From Myxococcales bacterium (GTDB lineage: Bacteria; Myxococcota_A; Polyangia; Polyangiales; DASUME01): a DNA stretch of 64,000 bases. Location of the stretch: positions 2,208,001 through 2,272,000 of the forward strand of contig JASGJH010000001.1 in the NCBI GenBank assembly GCA_047601445.1. The letters run 5' to 3'. The notes below the pieces were generated by a model that had not been told where the DNA came from, searched no databases, and worked only from the letters and a program-made list of their open reading frames with translations. The translations under genes and the position numbers were made by a program. Below are positions 11,901-22,329 of the stretch, in pieces (the stretch's first letter is position 1; each line of letters begins with the position of its first letter).

Positions 11901-12001
11901 GGGCCGAGCTGCGACGTCGCGTCCTGGACGCCCGCCGAGCCCAGCCGCCGGACTCGTTCATGCGATCGGTGGAGCGCTACTACCAGGAGATCCTGCGATG
12001 A
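8969..12001 (+). CDS. DUF4175-like membrane-anchored protein with beta-rich domains and coiled coil
   Basis: N-terminal TMs, DKAPTV and YRAADDHGL motifs, long helical region, C-terminal VERYYQEIL; typical MoxR/DUF58 neighbour. Confidence 0.75.
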   Translation: MHDSHGGPLDAASTSPQADWRALEAARAGEHAAAAREAMQSLTRYLGRVGRRVLWFKLVRGGAFAAGAGLTALLISTLTAGPSLGWLGASLIWGALGVAVILAFAIGVGRLDELRGDRRSLLISGYDLGLAERTRSAAALVRTPNGSPELVAAHASRVVEELSKVPLSAAVARPENWARMSVVAALLAVFAFGWLTRSEQAASGLYALFHPGQSDEQGTAIGLWVGALEVQLTFPEQLDQAQQTLRDPRLVSVPEGTLVSMLVTPRIGVERAVLKLGDQTLPMRADRNGAYKVTFTAETSLDLALTARIDERWVRDSTARTLVVAEDKAPTVDLDAPLKDLSAAPDEPVPFVYRAADDHGLGSLDLVVQMGPGRERRVHLASFDAESVQQRFASSTDVVPAAFGARSGQTLAVWIEARDRDGYGGVNVGRSPVRTITVGDAEDAHGAPVELLERTRDLSVDTLSERMETPLAEGSSEAKLRDKQLSRSTRGLVRALDTLATAYADGTGDDATAGLLRDMGKRLSRLSREEANAAEDGSQRELRKLDDSAVAELEDDVLWLSDLIGRAKLANAEHSLERLAATRARMHELLKQLRKSQDPARKAELMAEIARARAELAELAKKLSQVRHDVPGDFVNHEALEAQASEDPLQDLENALAKGDMEAAEKAMAALDQQLNGLEHGLSEGGEAFADARFGPRNAALEKARNELSELERAQKQIASETGRLADKARAERSQEGEFKAEADRLAQQAAELEERTRELEAGRMQSQVSESQASAAQRLRDARDALKQGDAQEARAMAQRAAEDLGGVSSEITLDSRMYPGPDGSRAEAAKKAGQLSRDVSRFAEEIEKTLPQEQRELSPEDGQALRKQAPAQRGVGEQASKLAQDMRDEGPPSLSDRIGRATRAMKNAAEALERGDVREAQAGQREALERLGEINEDLSRQERASRQGDSGEEGGGESGSSNEKVAIPEQGDDARRAELRRRVLDARRAQPPDSFMRSVERYYQEILR

Positions 12002-13568
12002 ACGCGCGGCGTGTGCTGTCGACCCTTTGTCTCGCGCTCTGCCTCGGGAGCGGCGTGGCGCGTGCGCAAAGTGCGCTTTCGGAGAGCTCGGTGGCGCTCG
12101 AGGCCGGCGAACTCACGAGCGCCACCGCCATCCTCGACCGCCTGCCCGAGGCCGAGCAACAGGGCGCTCCCGTGTTGTTTCAGCGCGGCATGATCCGCTT
12201 CCATGCCGGGGCCTATGCCGAGGCCGTCAGTCTGATCGAGCGCGCCATCGCCGAAGCCCCCCGCTCGCCGCACCTCGGCGACTTCCGACGCATGCTCTCG
12301 TGGGTCACCTCGGCGCGCGACATCACCAAGGACTTTGCCGAGGCGCGCTCCGCCGACGGCCGCTACGTGGTGCGCTACGCCAAGGGCCCTGACGAGGTGC
12401 TGGTGCCCTACGCGCTCGAGACCATGGCGCAGCGCCGATCGAGCCATCGAGAAGCACCTCGGGATTCGGCTCCCCGCGCCGATCCGGCTCGAGATTTATC
12501 CGTCTGCGCGCACGCTGTCCCAGGTCTCGAGCCTCACGCTCGAGCACATCGAAACCACCGGCACGGTCGCGCTGTGCAAGTGGAACCGCTTGATGATCGC
12601 TTCACCGCGTTCGCTCGTTTTCGGGTACCCCTGGCTCGACACCATCAACCACGAGCTGGTGCACCTGGCGCTGACCCACAAGAGCCTGAACCAGGCCCCG
12701 GTGTGGTTCCACGAGGGTCTCGCCAAGCTCTTCGAGCGCACCTGGCGCGGGCTCGCGCCCCAATCCTTCCTGCCGCCGGCCACCGACGCTCTGCTGGTCA
12801 CGGCCGCGCACCAGCACCGCTTGATCCCATTCGAGCGCATGCACCCGTCGATCGCGATGCTGCCGTCCCAGGAAGACGCGGCCCTGGCCTTCGCCCAGGT
12901 CGTGACCTTTTTGGAGACCTTTCGCGCCCGCAAGGGAGACGCCGGCCTGGCGCAGGCGATCACCGGCATGGCGCACGGCGAGGACGCGCGGGTAGCGCTG
13001 TCGCAGGTGGCGGGCGAGCCCTTCGAGTCGCTGGAGGGAATTTGGCGCGACGGACTCGCGACACGGCCCGAGCCCCCCAGGAAGCAGACACCCAAGGAGC
13101 TCGAAATTGCGTTTCGTGGAACGCGGCGAGGCCGACGAGTCCCTGGACGTGGCAGAAGAGCGCGCGCGCAAGCACCTGCGTGTGGGTGATCTGTTGTGGG
13201 GACGCAATCACACCTTGGGCGCGGCTCGGGAGTACGAGCGCGCGCAGGGCTACGCGCCCAGCGACCCCATCCTGGCCTCGCGCGTGGCGCGCGCCTCGCT
13301 TTCCTCCAAGAACCCGGCCCGCGCCCTGAGCGCCGTCGACCGCGCCCTCTCGGACCACCCGCAGCACGCCCCCCTACAGGCCCTCAAGGGCGCGGCGCTC
13401 GTGCAGCTGGGCAAGCTCCCGGATGCCGTGGAGCCGCTCCGCGAAGCCATCCGGTTGAATCCGTTCGACCCGGGTCCCCACTGCGAGCTGGTTCGGGCCA
13501 GTCAAGACGCCACGGAGCTCGCGCGCGAACGCGCCGCCTGTGCGAAGCTCGGCGGTCACGCCCCGTAA
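11998..13568 (+). CDS. Exported TPR and HExxH metallopeptidase (peptidase MA-like); two frameshifts (~12428, ~13100)
   Basis: Signal peptide and TPR (11998 frame), NHELVH...PVWFHEGLA (12335 frame) and C-terminal TPRs (13107 frame) join into one gene. Confidence 0.75.
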
Positions 13569-13649
13569 CACCAGCGGTTTCAGCGACGCGAAACGAGCAA
13601 CCGTAGCTTGGCGCGAGCAGCCTCTGGCGGTACGCTGCACGGGCCCCGC

Positions 13650-14704
<1,055 letters not shown>

Positions 14705-14708
<4 letters not shown>

Positions 14709-15658
14709 GCCAGGATGACACGCCGGCCGTCGACCCAGGCGAACACGCTGCAGGTCTTCCGCCGCGGGCCGTGGACCCGTCGTTCGTGGAGCGGCTCGAG
14801 CACCTTCGCTTCGCCGTGGATGGCGTGGTGGACGGCTTGTTCACGGGGCTGCACAAGAGCCGGCGCCGCGGCGGAGGCCTGGTGTTCGCCGAGCACCGAC
14901 CCTATCGCCCTGGCGATGACCCGCGCACCATCGATTGGCGCGCCTTCGCGCGCAGCGACCATCACCGGGTAAAGCACTTCGAGCACGAGGCCCAGCTGCG
15001 CGCCGTGCTCGCGCTGGATCTGTCGGGCTCCATGGCCTACGGCGGCCCCGCGTTCGTGGCCACCAAGGTGGGCTTCGGCGCCACCCTTTTGGGGGCAGCC
15101 GGCGAAGTCTTGTTGAGACAGGGAGACGCGGCGGGCGTGGCGCTGTTTGCAGGAGAGCTCGTGCGTTGGATTCCTCCCCGTGGGGGTCAAGCCCACGCGC
15201 GCGCGCTGCTCGAGGTGCTGGCCGCCTTCCCACAAGCGGGCGCGCAGACCCGGCTCGCGGAGTCCATCGAGCAAATCGCCGAGCGCACCCACAAGCACGG
15301 CGCCGTGATGATCGCCAGCGACTGCCTCGACCTGCGCGAAGACGCGCTGCGCGGACTTTCGCGCCTGAGCGGGCGCGGACACCGCGTGTGCCTGCTCCAC
15401 GTCCTGCACGCCGACGAGCTCACGCTGCCGTTCAAGGAGCCGATGCGCTTCCTCGGCACCGAAGGTGAGTTGCCCGTCGAGGCCGATGCCCGCCTGCTGC
15501 GCGACGGCTACTTGCGCGAAGTGGCCGCCTTCCAGGCCCGGGTCCGCAACGCATGCGCGGCGAGCGGCGCGCGCTACGTGCTCGCGTCCACCGACCGTCC
15601 CATGCACGAAGTGCTGCGCGAGGCGTTGGCGCCCGAAGGGAGCTCGCGATGGGGGTAG
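14705..15658 (+). CDS. DUF58 domain protein
   Basis: GLHKSRRRGGG, FAEHRPYRPGDDPRTIDWRAFAR, LDLSGSM. Confidence 0.9.
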
Positions 15659-17685
15659 GCCTGCCGCTCGCGCTCCTGGCGCTACTTGGCGTCGGCATCC
15701 CGCTCTGGCTCCACCGCGTGCGGCGCCGCACCCTGCGCGAGGTCGCCCTGCCCACCATCGCGCTGCTCTCCAAAGCCGTTGCGCAGCAGCGCCGCACGCT
15801 CTCCTTTCGCGACCGGCCACTGCTCTACGCTCGCATCGCCCTCACCGCACTGTTCGCCTTCGCGCTCTCGCGCCCTTTCCTCTCGCGTATCGCGAGCTAC
15901 GCCAGCGAGCGCCCGATCGCGCTGGCCATCGTGATCGACGACTCGATGTCGATGGATCGCAAGGCCCGGCTGTCCGGCAATCTCCTCGAAGCTGCGGCCG
16001 CGCGTGCCGAACGCGTGCTCGGTGAGCTCGCTCCCGACTCCGAGGCCAGCCTGATCCTGGGCGGCAACGAGCCGCGCTTGCTCACCCCGCGCACCACGGA
16101 CCTGCCCGCCCTCAAGCGCGAGCTTTCTCGCGTCGATCGGGTGGGCGCGCGAGGCACCGCGCTGGCGCGTGCCGTGCAGCTCGCTCAGCGCGAACTCGGA
16201 GCGTCGCGGCTGGCAGTGAAGGAAGTTTTGGTGCTCACCGACTGTGCCGCCCACGCGGGCGCCGACCGCCTGGCTGCCACCGGCGCGGGCCTGCGCATCG
16301 AGTGCATCCCCACGCGCGAATCGCGCGGCAACCTCTACGTGGCCAGCATGGCGCTCAGCCGCGGGCGCGACTTGAGCGAGCCCGCCACGCTGAGCCTCAC
16401 CTTGGGCGGACACAAGGGGCCCCAGGAGGTCGAGGTCTCGGTGCGCATCGACGGCAAGCAAGTGGCCGAAGCGAGCGTGCCGATGACCGACGACATGGGT
16501 TCCGCGCAAGTCGCGATTCCCCAGAGCACGATGACCCAGGGGCGCGTGCTCGAGCTGCGCATCGACACGCCCAACGCGCTCGCAGCAGACGACCAGCGCG
16601 CCATCTCCCTCGACGAAGGCTCCGAGCTCTCCGTGCTCCTGGTCGACGGCGATCCCGCCCCAAACCAGCTGGACGATGAGCTGCGTTTCCTGGCCGTGGC
16701 ACTCGCGGTCGACGACGGCTCCCATGCGGCTCCCCGCGTGACGCGCATCGACACCGATGGCCTAGCGAGCACCGACCTAGCGTCCTTCGACGTGGTGGTG
16801 CTCTCCAACGTGTTGGCGCCGAGCGACGTGGTGGCCGAACGCCTCGACCGCCACGTTGCCCGCGGCGGAGGCCTTTTGATCACGGCCGGCGAGCACGTGG
16901 ACGCTTTCGCCTATCGCGGGCGCATGAGCACGCTCCTGCCAGCCATCCCCCGCAGCAGTGCGCCGGCCGATCCGCCCATCGCCGTCGATCTCCAGAGCGT
17001 GCTGGCGAGCGATCTGCTGCCCGACGCGGGCCGTGGCCTGGAGACCGCGCGCGTGAACAAGCGCCTGTTGGTGGAGCCGCCCATCGCGCCCTCCACGACC
17101 TTGCTCAACTTCGCCGATGGCACACCGCTCTTGGTGGCTGGTCGCTACCAGAACGGCCGCATCGCGCTGATGACGACCACGGTGGACGACGACTGGGGAG
17201 ACCTTCCGCTGACACCCGGCTTCTTGCCGCTCATGCACGGCCTCATTCGCGGGCTCGCGGCCGTGGACGCCTTGCCCAAGGGCCCCCATCCAGCAGGCAC
17301 TGCGCTCACGGCGCGTGTCCCCACTGGCGCGCGCTCCCTCTACGTCGTCACGCCGGACGGCCGCCGCCTCGACCTGGACGCCAAGCGCAACCAGGTGCGC
17401 ATCGAGGACACCTCCGTGCCGGGCATCTATCGTTCCTTCGCCTCCTTCGACGAGCGCGGTGAGCGTGAGATCCGACAGCTCTCCTTTACCGTGGTCGCCG
17501 ACACACAGGACAGCGAGCTCGGTGAGCGCAGACCCGGCCCCGCCCAAGATCAACCCGGCCAGGCCGGCGCGGCCCGCCCGCGCGGTGTGGAGAACTGGTT
17601 TTGGTTGTTGCTCGGCCTGGCGGCCATCGCCGAAGGCGCCCTGCGTCTACGCAGGCGTCCGCAGGTTCAAGCGTCCGCAGCCTGA
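15649..17685 (+). CDS. BatA-like N-terminal anchor and vWA domain protein
   Basis: IPLWLH N-terminal motif, MIDAS-like IDDSMSM, GGGLLI glutaminase-like region, C-terminal TM NWFWLLLG. Confidence 0.85.
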   Translation: MGVGLPLALLALLGVGIPLWLHRVRRRTLREVALPTIALLSKAVAQQRRTLSFRDRPLLYARIALTALFAFALSRPFLSRIASYASERPIALAIVIDDSMSMDRKARLSGNLLEAAAARAERVLGELAPDSEASLILGGNEPRLLTPRTTDLPALKRELSRVDRVGARGTALARAVQLAQRELGASRLAVKEVLVLTDCAAHAGADRLAATGAGLRIECIPTRESRGNLYVASMALSRGRDLSEPATLSLTLGGHKGPQEVEVSVRIDGKQVAEASVPMTDDMGSAQVAIPQSTMTQGRVLELRIDTPNALAADDQRAISLDEGSELSVLLVDGDPAPNQLDDELRFLAVALAVDDGSHAAPRVTRIDTDGLASTDLASFDVVVLSNVLAPSDVVAERLDRHVARGGGLLITAGEHVDAFAYRGRMSTLLPAIPRSSAPADPPIAVDLQSVLASDLLPDAGRGLETARVNKRLLVEPPIAPSTTLLNFADGTPLLVAGRYQNGRIALMTTTVDDDWGDLPLTPGFLPLMHGLIRGLAAVDALPKGPHPAGTALTARVPTGARSLYVVTPDGRRLDLDAKRNQVRIEDTSVPGIYRSFASFDERGEREIRQLSFTVVADTQDSELGERRPGPAQDQPGQAGAARPRGVENWFWLLLGLAAIAEGALRLRRRPQVQASAA

Positions 17686-18546
17686 ATGCCCGAGACTACG
17701 CGCTCGATGCCCGCAAGGTCGCGGTGCGCGCAAACCGCCTGCAAACCGGCCTGGCTCCAGAGCGCCTTCACCGCCTCGGCCTGCCGATAGCCGACCTCCA
17801 CCAGCAACATGCCTCCCGGCACGAGGTGGCGGCCCGCCGCGCGCGCGATGCGCCGGTAGAAGATTAGCGCGTCGCTCCCCGCGTCGAGCGCCATGCGCGG
17901 CTCGAAGTCACGCACATCGGGAGCAAGCTCAGCCATCTCGTCGGCCCCGATATAAGGCGGGTTCACCGTGATGCAGGCGAAACGTTCATGCTCGGCCACC
18001 GGGGCGAACAGGTCGCCCGCCCGGAACTCCATGCGCTCGGCCACGGCGTGCCGCTCGGCGTTGGTCCGGGCTACCGCGAGGGCTGACTCCGAGAGAATCG
18101 GTGACCACCACGCGCCGCGCGGGCGCTTCGGCCGCCAACGTGACACCGATGGCCCCGCTCCCCACGCACAGATCCAGCACAGGCTCGTCGCCCCCGCGGC
18201 CCTTCAGGAACTCGAGCGCACGCTCGACCAGCGTCTCCGTGTCGGGCCGTGGGATCAACACCGCGCGACTCACATTGAACGCGCGCCCGTAGAACTCGCG
18301 TTCCCCGAGCAGATAGGCCATCGGCTCGTGGTTGCGCCGACGCTCCACCATTTGGCGAATCTTCGACAGCTCGACGTCCATCAACGGGCGCTCGAGGTCG
18401 AGAAACAACGCGATGCGCTTCACGCCCAGCACGTGCGCCACGATCAGGTCGGCCTCGAGCCGGGCGCTCTCCACGCCGCGACGCTCGAAGTCCGACTGGA
18501 TCCAAGCGATCACGCGCCTGACGGTCCATGGCTCGCGGTCGGCCAT
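17667..18546 (-). CDS. prmC: Release factor glutamine methyltransferase, frameshifted at ~18096
   Basis: EPMAYLLGEREFY, VLIPRPDTE, LDLCVGSGAI in one frame and NPPY, FEPRMALDAG in the next; removing one base from GAATC 18095-18099 joins them. Confidence 0.9.
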
Positions 18547-18577
18547 GCTCAGCGCTCGCAATTCAAGGCGCCGGTAC

Positions 18578-19468
18578 TCACGGCTTCATGCGCACTTTCA
18601 TCTGCGGCCGCGGCGCGAGCCCAGCGTCCGCCAGCGCGGTCAACGCCAGCTTCTGCAGCTCGGGCTTCGTGTTCTTCTGGACGAAGGGCGCCAGCATGTT
18701 CGGGTCGAGCGCCACCAGCGAGTCGAGCGCCTTCTTGGCCAGGCCGCGGTTCTTGGTCGCCGAGTAGGTGTAGACCTGCGCGCGATACAGCAGCGGAGCG
18801 ATTTCGCCCGTCAACGCCGGGTCATCCGCCTTGTACTCGTCGAGCAGCTTCTTGGCATCCTCGTGCTTGCCGGTGCGCGCGAAGGCCTCCGCGATGACCG
18901 CTGCATACTTGGCCTTCACCTTGGCGTCGGGCTGACGATCCAGCTTGATCTCGTCCACCAGCGGGCGGGCCTCCTTGGTGCGGTTGAGGAACAGGTACAT
19001 CATGGCGAGCTGCGAGCGCACCTCGTCTTGCACCACCGTGGGGGCCTTCTCGATGTCGATGGCCTCGAGCGCCGCGAGCGCCTTCTGCGGGTCCTCCTGC
19101 GCCAGGAGCTGCGCCCGGGCCAGCGCCTTCATCGCATCCTTGTCGCCCCCCATGCTCAAGCGCTCGATGGCCTCGCGCCGTCCCGCGTCGCCCTGCGCAC
19201 CCTTCATGATGTCGAGGATCTCGCGCTGCTTTCGGGTCAGCCGGAACACGTAGATGCCGAGCCCGATGGCCGCCAGGGTCAGCGCGGCGACGACGCCGAC
19301 GCCCCAGTAGCCGATGGAGGGCGTCATCATCAGCGCCGTGATCCACAGCACGGCGAAGCCGCCCACGATGGCGCCCACCACCTTCCACTTGATGCCGGGC
19401 ATCTCCACTTGAGAGGCCGCCTGGGCGATATCGACTTTCTTGGGGGGACTGATTTTGGGCTTTGCCAC
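18578..19468 (-). CDS. Two-TM membrane protein with TPR-like helical domain
   Basis: Two hydrophobic segments followed by helical repeats; GC3-biased coding pattern; GTG start at 19468 chosen. Confidence 0.7.
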   Translation of the reverse strand: MAKPKISPPKKVDIAQAASQVEMPGIKWKVVGAIVGGFAVLWITALMMTPSIGYWGVGVVAALTLAAIGLGIYVFRLTRKQREILDIMKGAQGDAGRREAIERLSMGGDKDAMKALARAQLLAQEDPQKALAALEAIDIEKAPTVVQDEVRSQLAMMYLFLNRTKEARPLVDEIKLDRQPDAKVKAKYAAVIAEAFARTGKHEDAKKLLDEYKADDPALTGEIAPLLYRAQVYTYSATKNRGLAKKALDSLVALDPNMLAPFVQKNTKPELQKLALTALADAGLAPRPQMKVRMKP

Positions 19469-19800
19469 GGGCTCTTTACCTAGCTTGCACGCGCTCCCGG
19501 CCGCTCCGACAAAAGCAGGGGGAAACCTGGTGGTTTCGCGTTCGGGGGCTGGTGTAACCCTACCCCGCCGGCCCGGCAACAAGCCCAGCTGCGCACTGCG
19601 TCAAAGTGCCCCGGTGAGCGCTCGCCAGCGCCGAGGTTTGTGCGTCGGCACGCACATCGCCCCCCGGCGCAAAACCGCGCGGGCCGAAACCGTCTGACGG
19701 CCCGCAGAATGTTCGCCGGGCTGCCCAGGCGTGTACACTGACGCAGCGCGCCCCGCGCGCTTTTTCGACAGCCCTTCGGACGTAGGAGCCGGCCCCAACG

Positions 19801-21528
19801 ATGGCGCAGGACAATCGACTCGGTGAGCTACTGGTTCGTGAAAAGCTGATCAGCCTGACGCAGCTCCGGCAAGCCCAGGACGAGCAGAAAAAAGCCAACA
19901 CGACATTGAGCTACGCCCTGGCCAAGATGGGCATCATCTCGGACCGTGGAATCACGGACTTCCTGAGCCAGCAGTACCGCGTCGAGACCATCAACCTCGA
20001 CGAGTTCGACATCGACGAGGACGTGGTCAAGTTGGTGCCCCGCGAAGTCTGTCAGCGCCACGGCTTGATCCCGGTGTCACGCGCGGGCTCGTCGTTGATC
20101 GTCGCCATGAGCGACCCCTCGAACCTGCACGCCGTCGACGACATCAAGTTCCTCACCGGCTACAACGTGGAGCCCGTGGTGGCGCCCATCACCGCCATCG
20201 AGAAGGCGATCGCGTCGTTCTACGCCGTCCAGGAGAAGGTCGAGGAGATCAACTACGACCAGATCATGGAGGGCTTCGACGAGAACCAGATCGACTTCGA
20301 CTCCATGGAGAGTGAGGAGTCCAGCGTACTCGACCTCGAGCGCGCCTCGGAGGACGCCCCGGTGGTGCGCCTGTGCAACGCCATGTTGCTCAACGCAATC
20401 AAGAAGCGCGCCTCGGACATCCACATCGAGCCCTACGAAAAGCAAATGCGCGTGCGCTACCGCATCGACGGCGTGCTGCACGAGGAGATGCACCCGCCGC
20501 TCAAGCTCAAGAACGCCATCTCCTCGCGCCTCAAGATCATGGCCGCCCTGGACATCGCCGAGCGCCGCCTGCCGCAGGACGGTCGCATCAAGCTCAAGCT
20601 GGGCCGCGGCAAGGAGATGGACTTCCGCGTCTCCGTGATGCCCACGTTGTTCGGCGAAAAGATCTGCATGCGCCTGCTCGACAAGAGCAACCTGCAGCTC
20701 GACATGATGAAGCTCGGCTTCGAAGAGAAGCAGCTCAAGGACTTCAAGTGGGCCATCAACCAGCCCTACGGCATGGTGCTCGTCACGGGCCCGACGGGCT
20801 CGGGTAAGACCACCACGCTGTACTCCGCTCTGGCCGAGCTCAACACCGAAGACACCAACATCAGCACCGCCGAGGATCCCGTCGAGTACAACCTCTACGG
20901 CATCAACCAGTGCCAGATGCACGATGACATCGGGCTCAACTTCGCGGCCGCGCTGCGCTGCTTCCTGCGCCAGGATCCCGACATCATCATGGTGGGTGAG
21001 ATCCGCGACTTCGAGACCGCGGAAATCGCCATCAAGGCCGCGCTCACCGGCCACTTGGTGCTCTCCACGCTGCACACGAACGACGCGCCGAGCACCGTCT
21101 CGCGCATGCTCAACATGGGCGTCGAGCCCTTCCTGGTCACGGGCGCGCTCAACCTGGTGTTGGCGCAGCGCCTGGCGCGCAAGGTCTGCAACGACTGCAA
21201 GGCCCCCACCACCGTCGAGCCGCAGGCCCTGCGCGAGGTCGGCTTCACGGAGGATCAGATCAAGACGGCCCAGCTCGTGAAGGGCAAGGGTTGCTCCACC
21301 TGCGGCGGCAGCGGCTACAAGGGGCGCGTGGCGCTCTACGAAGTCATGCCCATGACCGACGCCCTCAAGGAGATGGTGCTCCAGGGCTGCTCCACGGCCG
21401 AGCTCAAGGAGCAGATGATCCGCGAAGGCATCTGGACCCTGCGCATGAGCGGTATCGACAAGGCCTGCAAGGGCGTCACCACGGTCGACGAGGTCACGAG
21501 CTGCACGGCCGCCGACCGCATCGGCTGA
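19801..21528 (+). CDS. pilB: Type IV-A pilus assembly ATPase PilB
   Basis: RLGELLV N-terminus, ASDIHIEP, DIAERRLPQDG, GPTGSGKTT, LRQDPDIIMVGEIRD, two CxxC pairs; AGGAG RBS. Confidence 0.95.
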   Translation: MAQDNRLGELLVREKLISLTQLRQAQDEQKKANTTLSYALAKMGIISDRGITDFLSQQYRVETINLDEFDIDEDVVKLVPREVCQRHGLIPVSRAGSSLIVAMSDPSNLHAVDDIKFLTGYNVEPVVAPITAIEKAIASFYAVQEKVEEINYDQIMEGFDENQIDFDSMESEESSVLDLERASEDAPVVRLCNAMLLNAIKKRASDIHIEPYEKQMRVRYRIDGVLHEEMHPPLKLKNAISSRLKIMAALDIAERRLPQDGRIKLKLGRGKEMDFRVSVMPTLFGEKICMRLLDKSNLQLDMMKLGFEEKQLKDFKWAINQPYGMVLVTGPTGSGKTTTLYSALAELNTEDTNISTAEDPVEYNLYGINQCQMHDDIGLNFAAALRCFLRQDPDIIMVGEIRDFETAEIAIKAALTGHLVLSTLHTNDAPSTVSRMLNMGVEPFLVTGALNLVLAQRLARKVCNDCKAPTTVEPQALREVGFTEDQIKTAQLVKGKGCSTCGGSGYKGRVALYEVMPMTDALKEMVLQGCSTAELKEQMIREGIWTLRMSGIDKACKGVTTVDEVTSCTAADRIG

Positions 21529-21735
21529 CCCGCGACCTTCCTCCGCTCCCACCCGTGGGCCAGAGCCAGCGGCCCTTCCCACCATCGCGGCCTCTCTCCA
21601 TCAGAGGGGCCGCCGGCGCCGCGCCTTGAGCGTCCTTGGCTGCCACCATCGCGGTCGGTCCCTGGGGCGCGGGGCAGCCCAAAGAGCGGCTGCGAATGCG
21701 TCTCCCCGGGCGTTACAACGGCCGTGGACCGGACC

Positions 21736-21863
21736 GATCTGTCCGCCAATGGGGGGTAGAACGTCGGCGGATCGTTCATCGATCGGCACCCAGATCGCGA
21801 CGGATCGCACTTGATCCAGCCCCGATCGCCGACCGACGGATCAAAAAAGAAGCACGCGTGATC
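21736..21863. repeat. Cluster of nine GATC sites, six of them helically phased
   Basis: GATC at 21736, 21770, 21781, 21793, 21803, 21813, 21824, 21839 and 21860. Confidence 0.8.
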
Positions 21864-21986
21864 CGTCGTTTTCTCTTTTTATTTCAACAGCTTTTGTGAC
21901 CATACATCGCTTTGGCCCTATGTTTTGTGACGCTACGTTGCACGTCAGCCGTTGTCGTTCGCAAAAAGCGATGTTAGAAACTGGAC

Positions 21987-22214
21987 ATGCGGATCAGCAA
22001 CAGCTTCTCGGAAGGCGAAATCCAGGTAATGGATTTCATCGTTCAGACCCTCCTGCGCGGCGGCTCGCCCACCATGGCGGTCCGGAACAAGGACTTCGCG
22101 TCCCTGTGCCGCAAAATCATCGCGATGAAAACGCGCGTGAACGAAAAGCAGATCGCCGACGATCTCGGCGCCCCGGCCCCCAAGGCCGAAGAGACCCTGC
22201 AGCAAGTGGTCTGA
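21987..22214 (+). CDS. Small hypothetical protein (75 aa)
   Basis: Clean GC3 codon pattern, amphipathic helical sequence, fills the pilB-pyrC gap. Confidence 0.7.
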   Translation: MRISNSFSEGEIQVMDFIVQTLLRGGSPTMAVRNKDFASLCRKIIAMKTRVNEKQIADDLGAPAPKAEETLQQVV

Positions 22215-22329
22215 TCCCCGCTGCGGGAGCGGAAAACTGGCGCTGCCGGCCCTGGTTTCGCACGTGCAGAACGTGCGCTTCGACGAAGTCGATTGACAGG
22301 GTGCGTGGGGTCTCGTAGTGGGGCAGGCG

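Noticed and set aside
19660..19710. c-di-GMP-I (GEMM) riboswitch upstream of pilB (GCGCAAAACC...)
   Set aside because: Lacks the GGCAAAC...GAAA first stem; resemblance is superficial.
21736..21986. GATC array plus AT-rich tract as oriC
   Set aside because: No TTATCCACA-like DnaA boxes seen and no dnaA, dnaN, gidA or parAB nearby.
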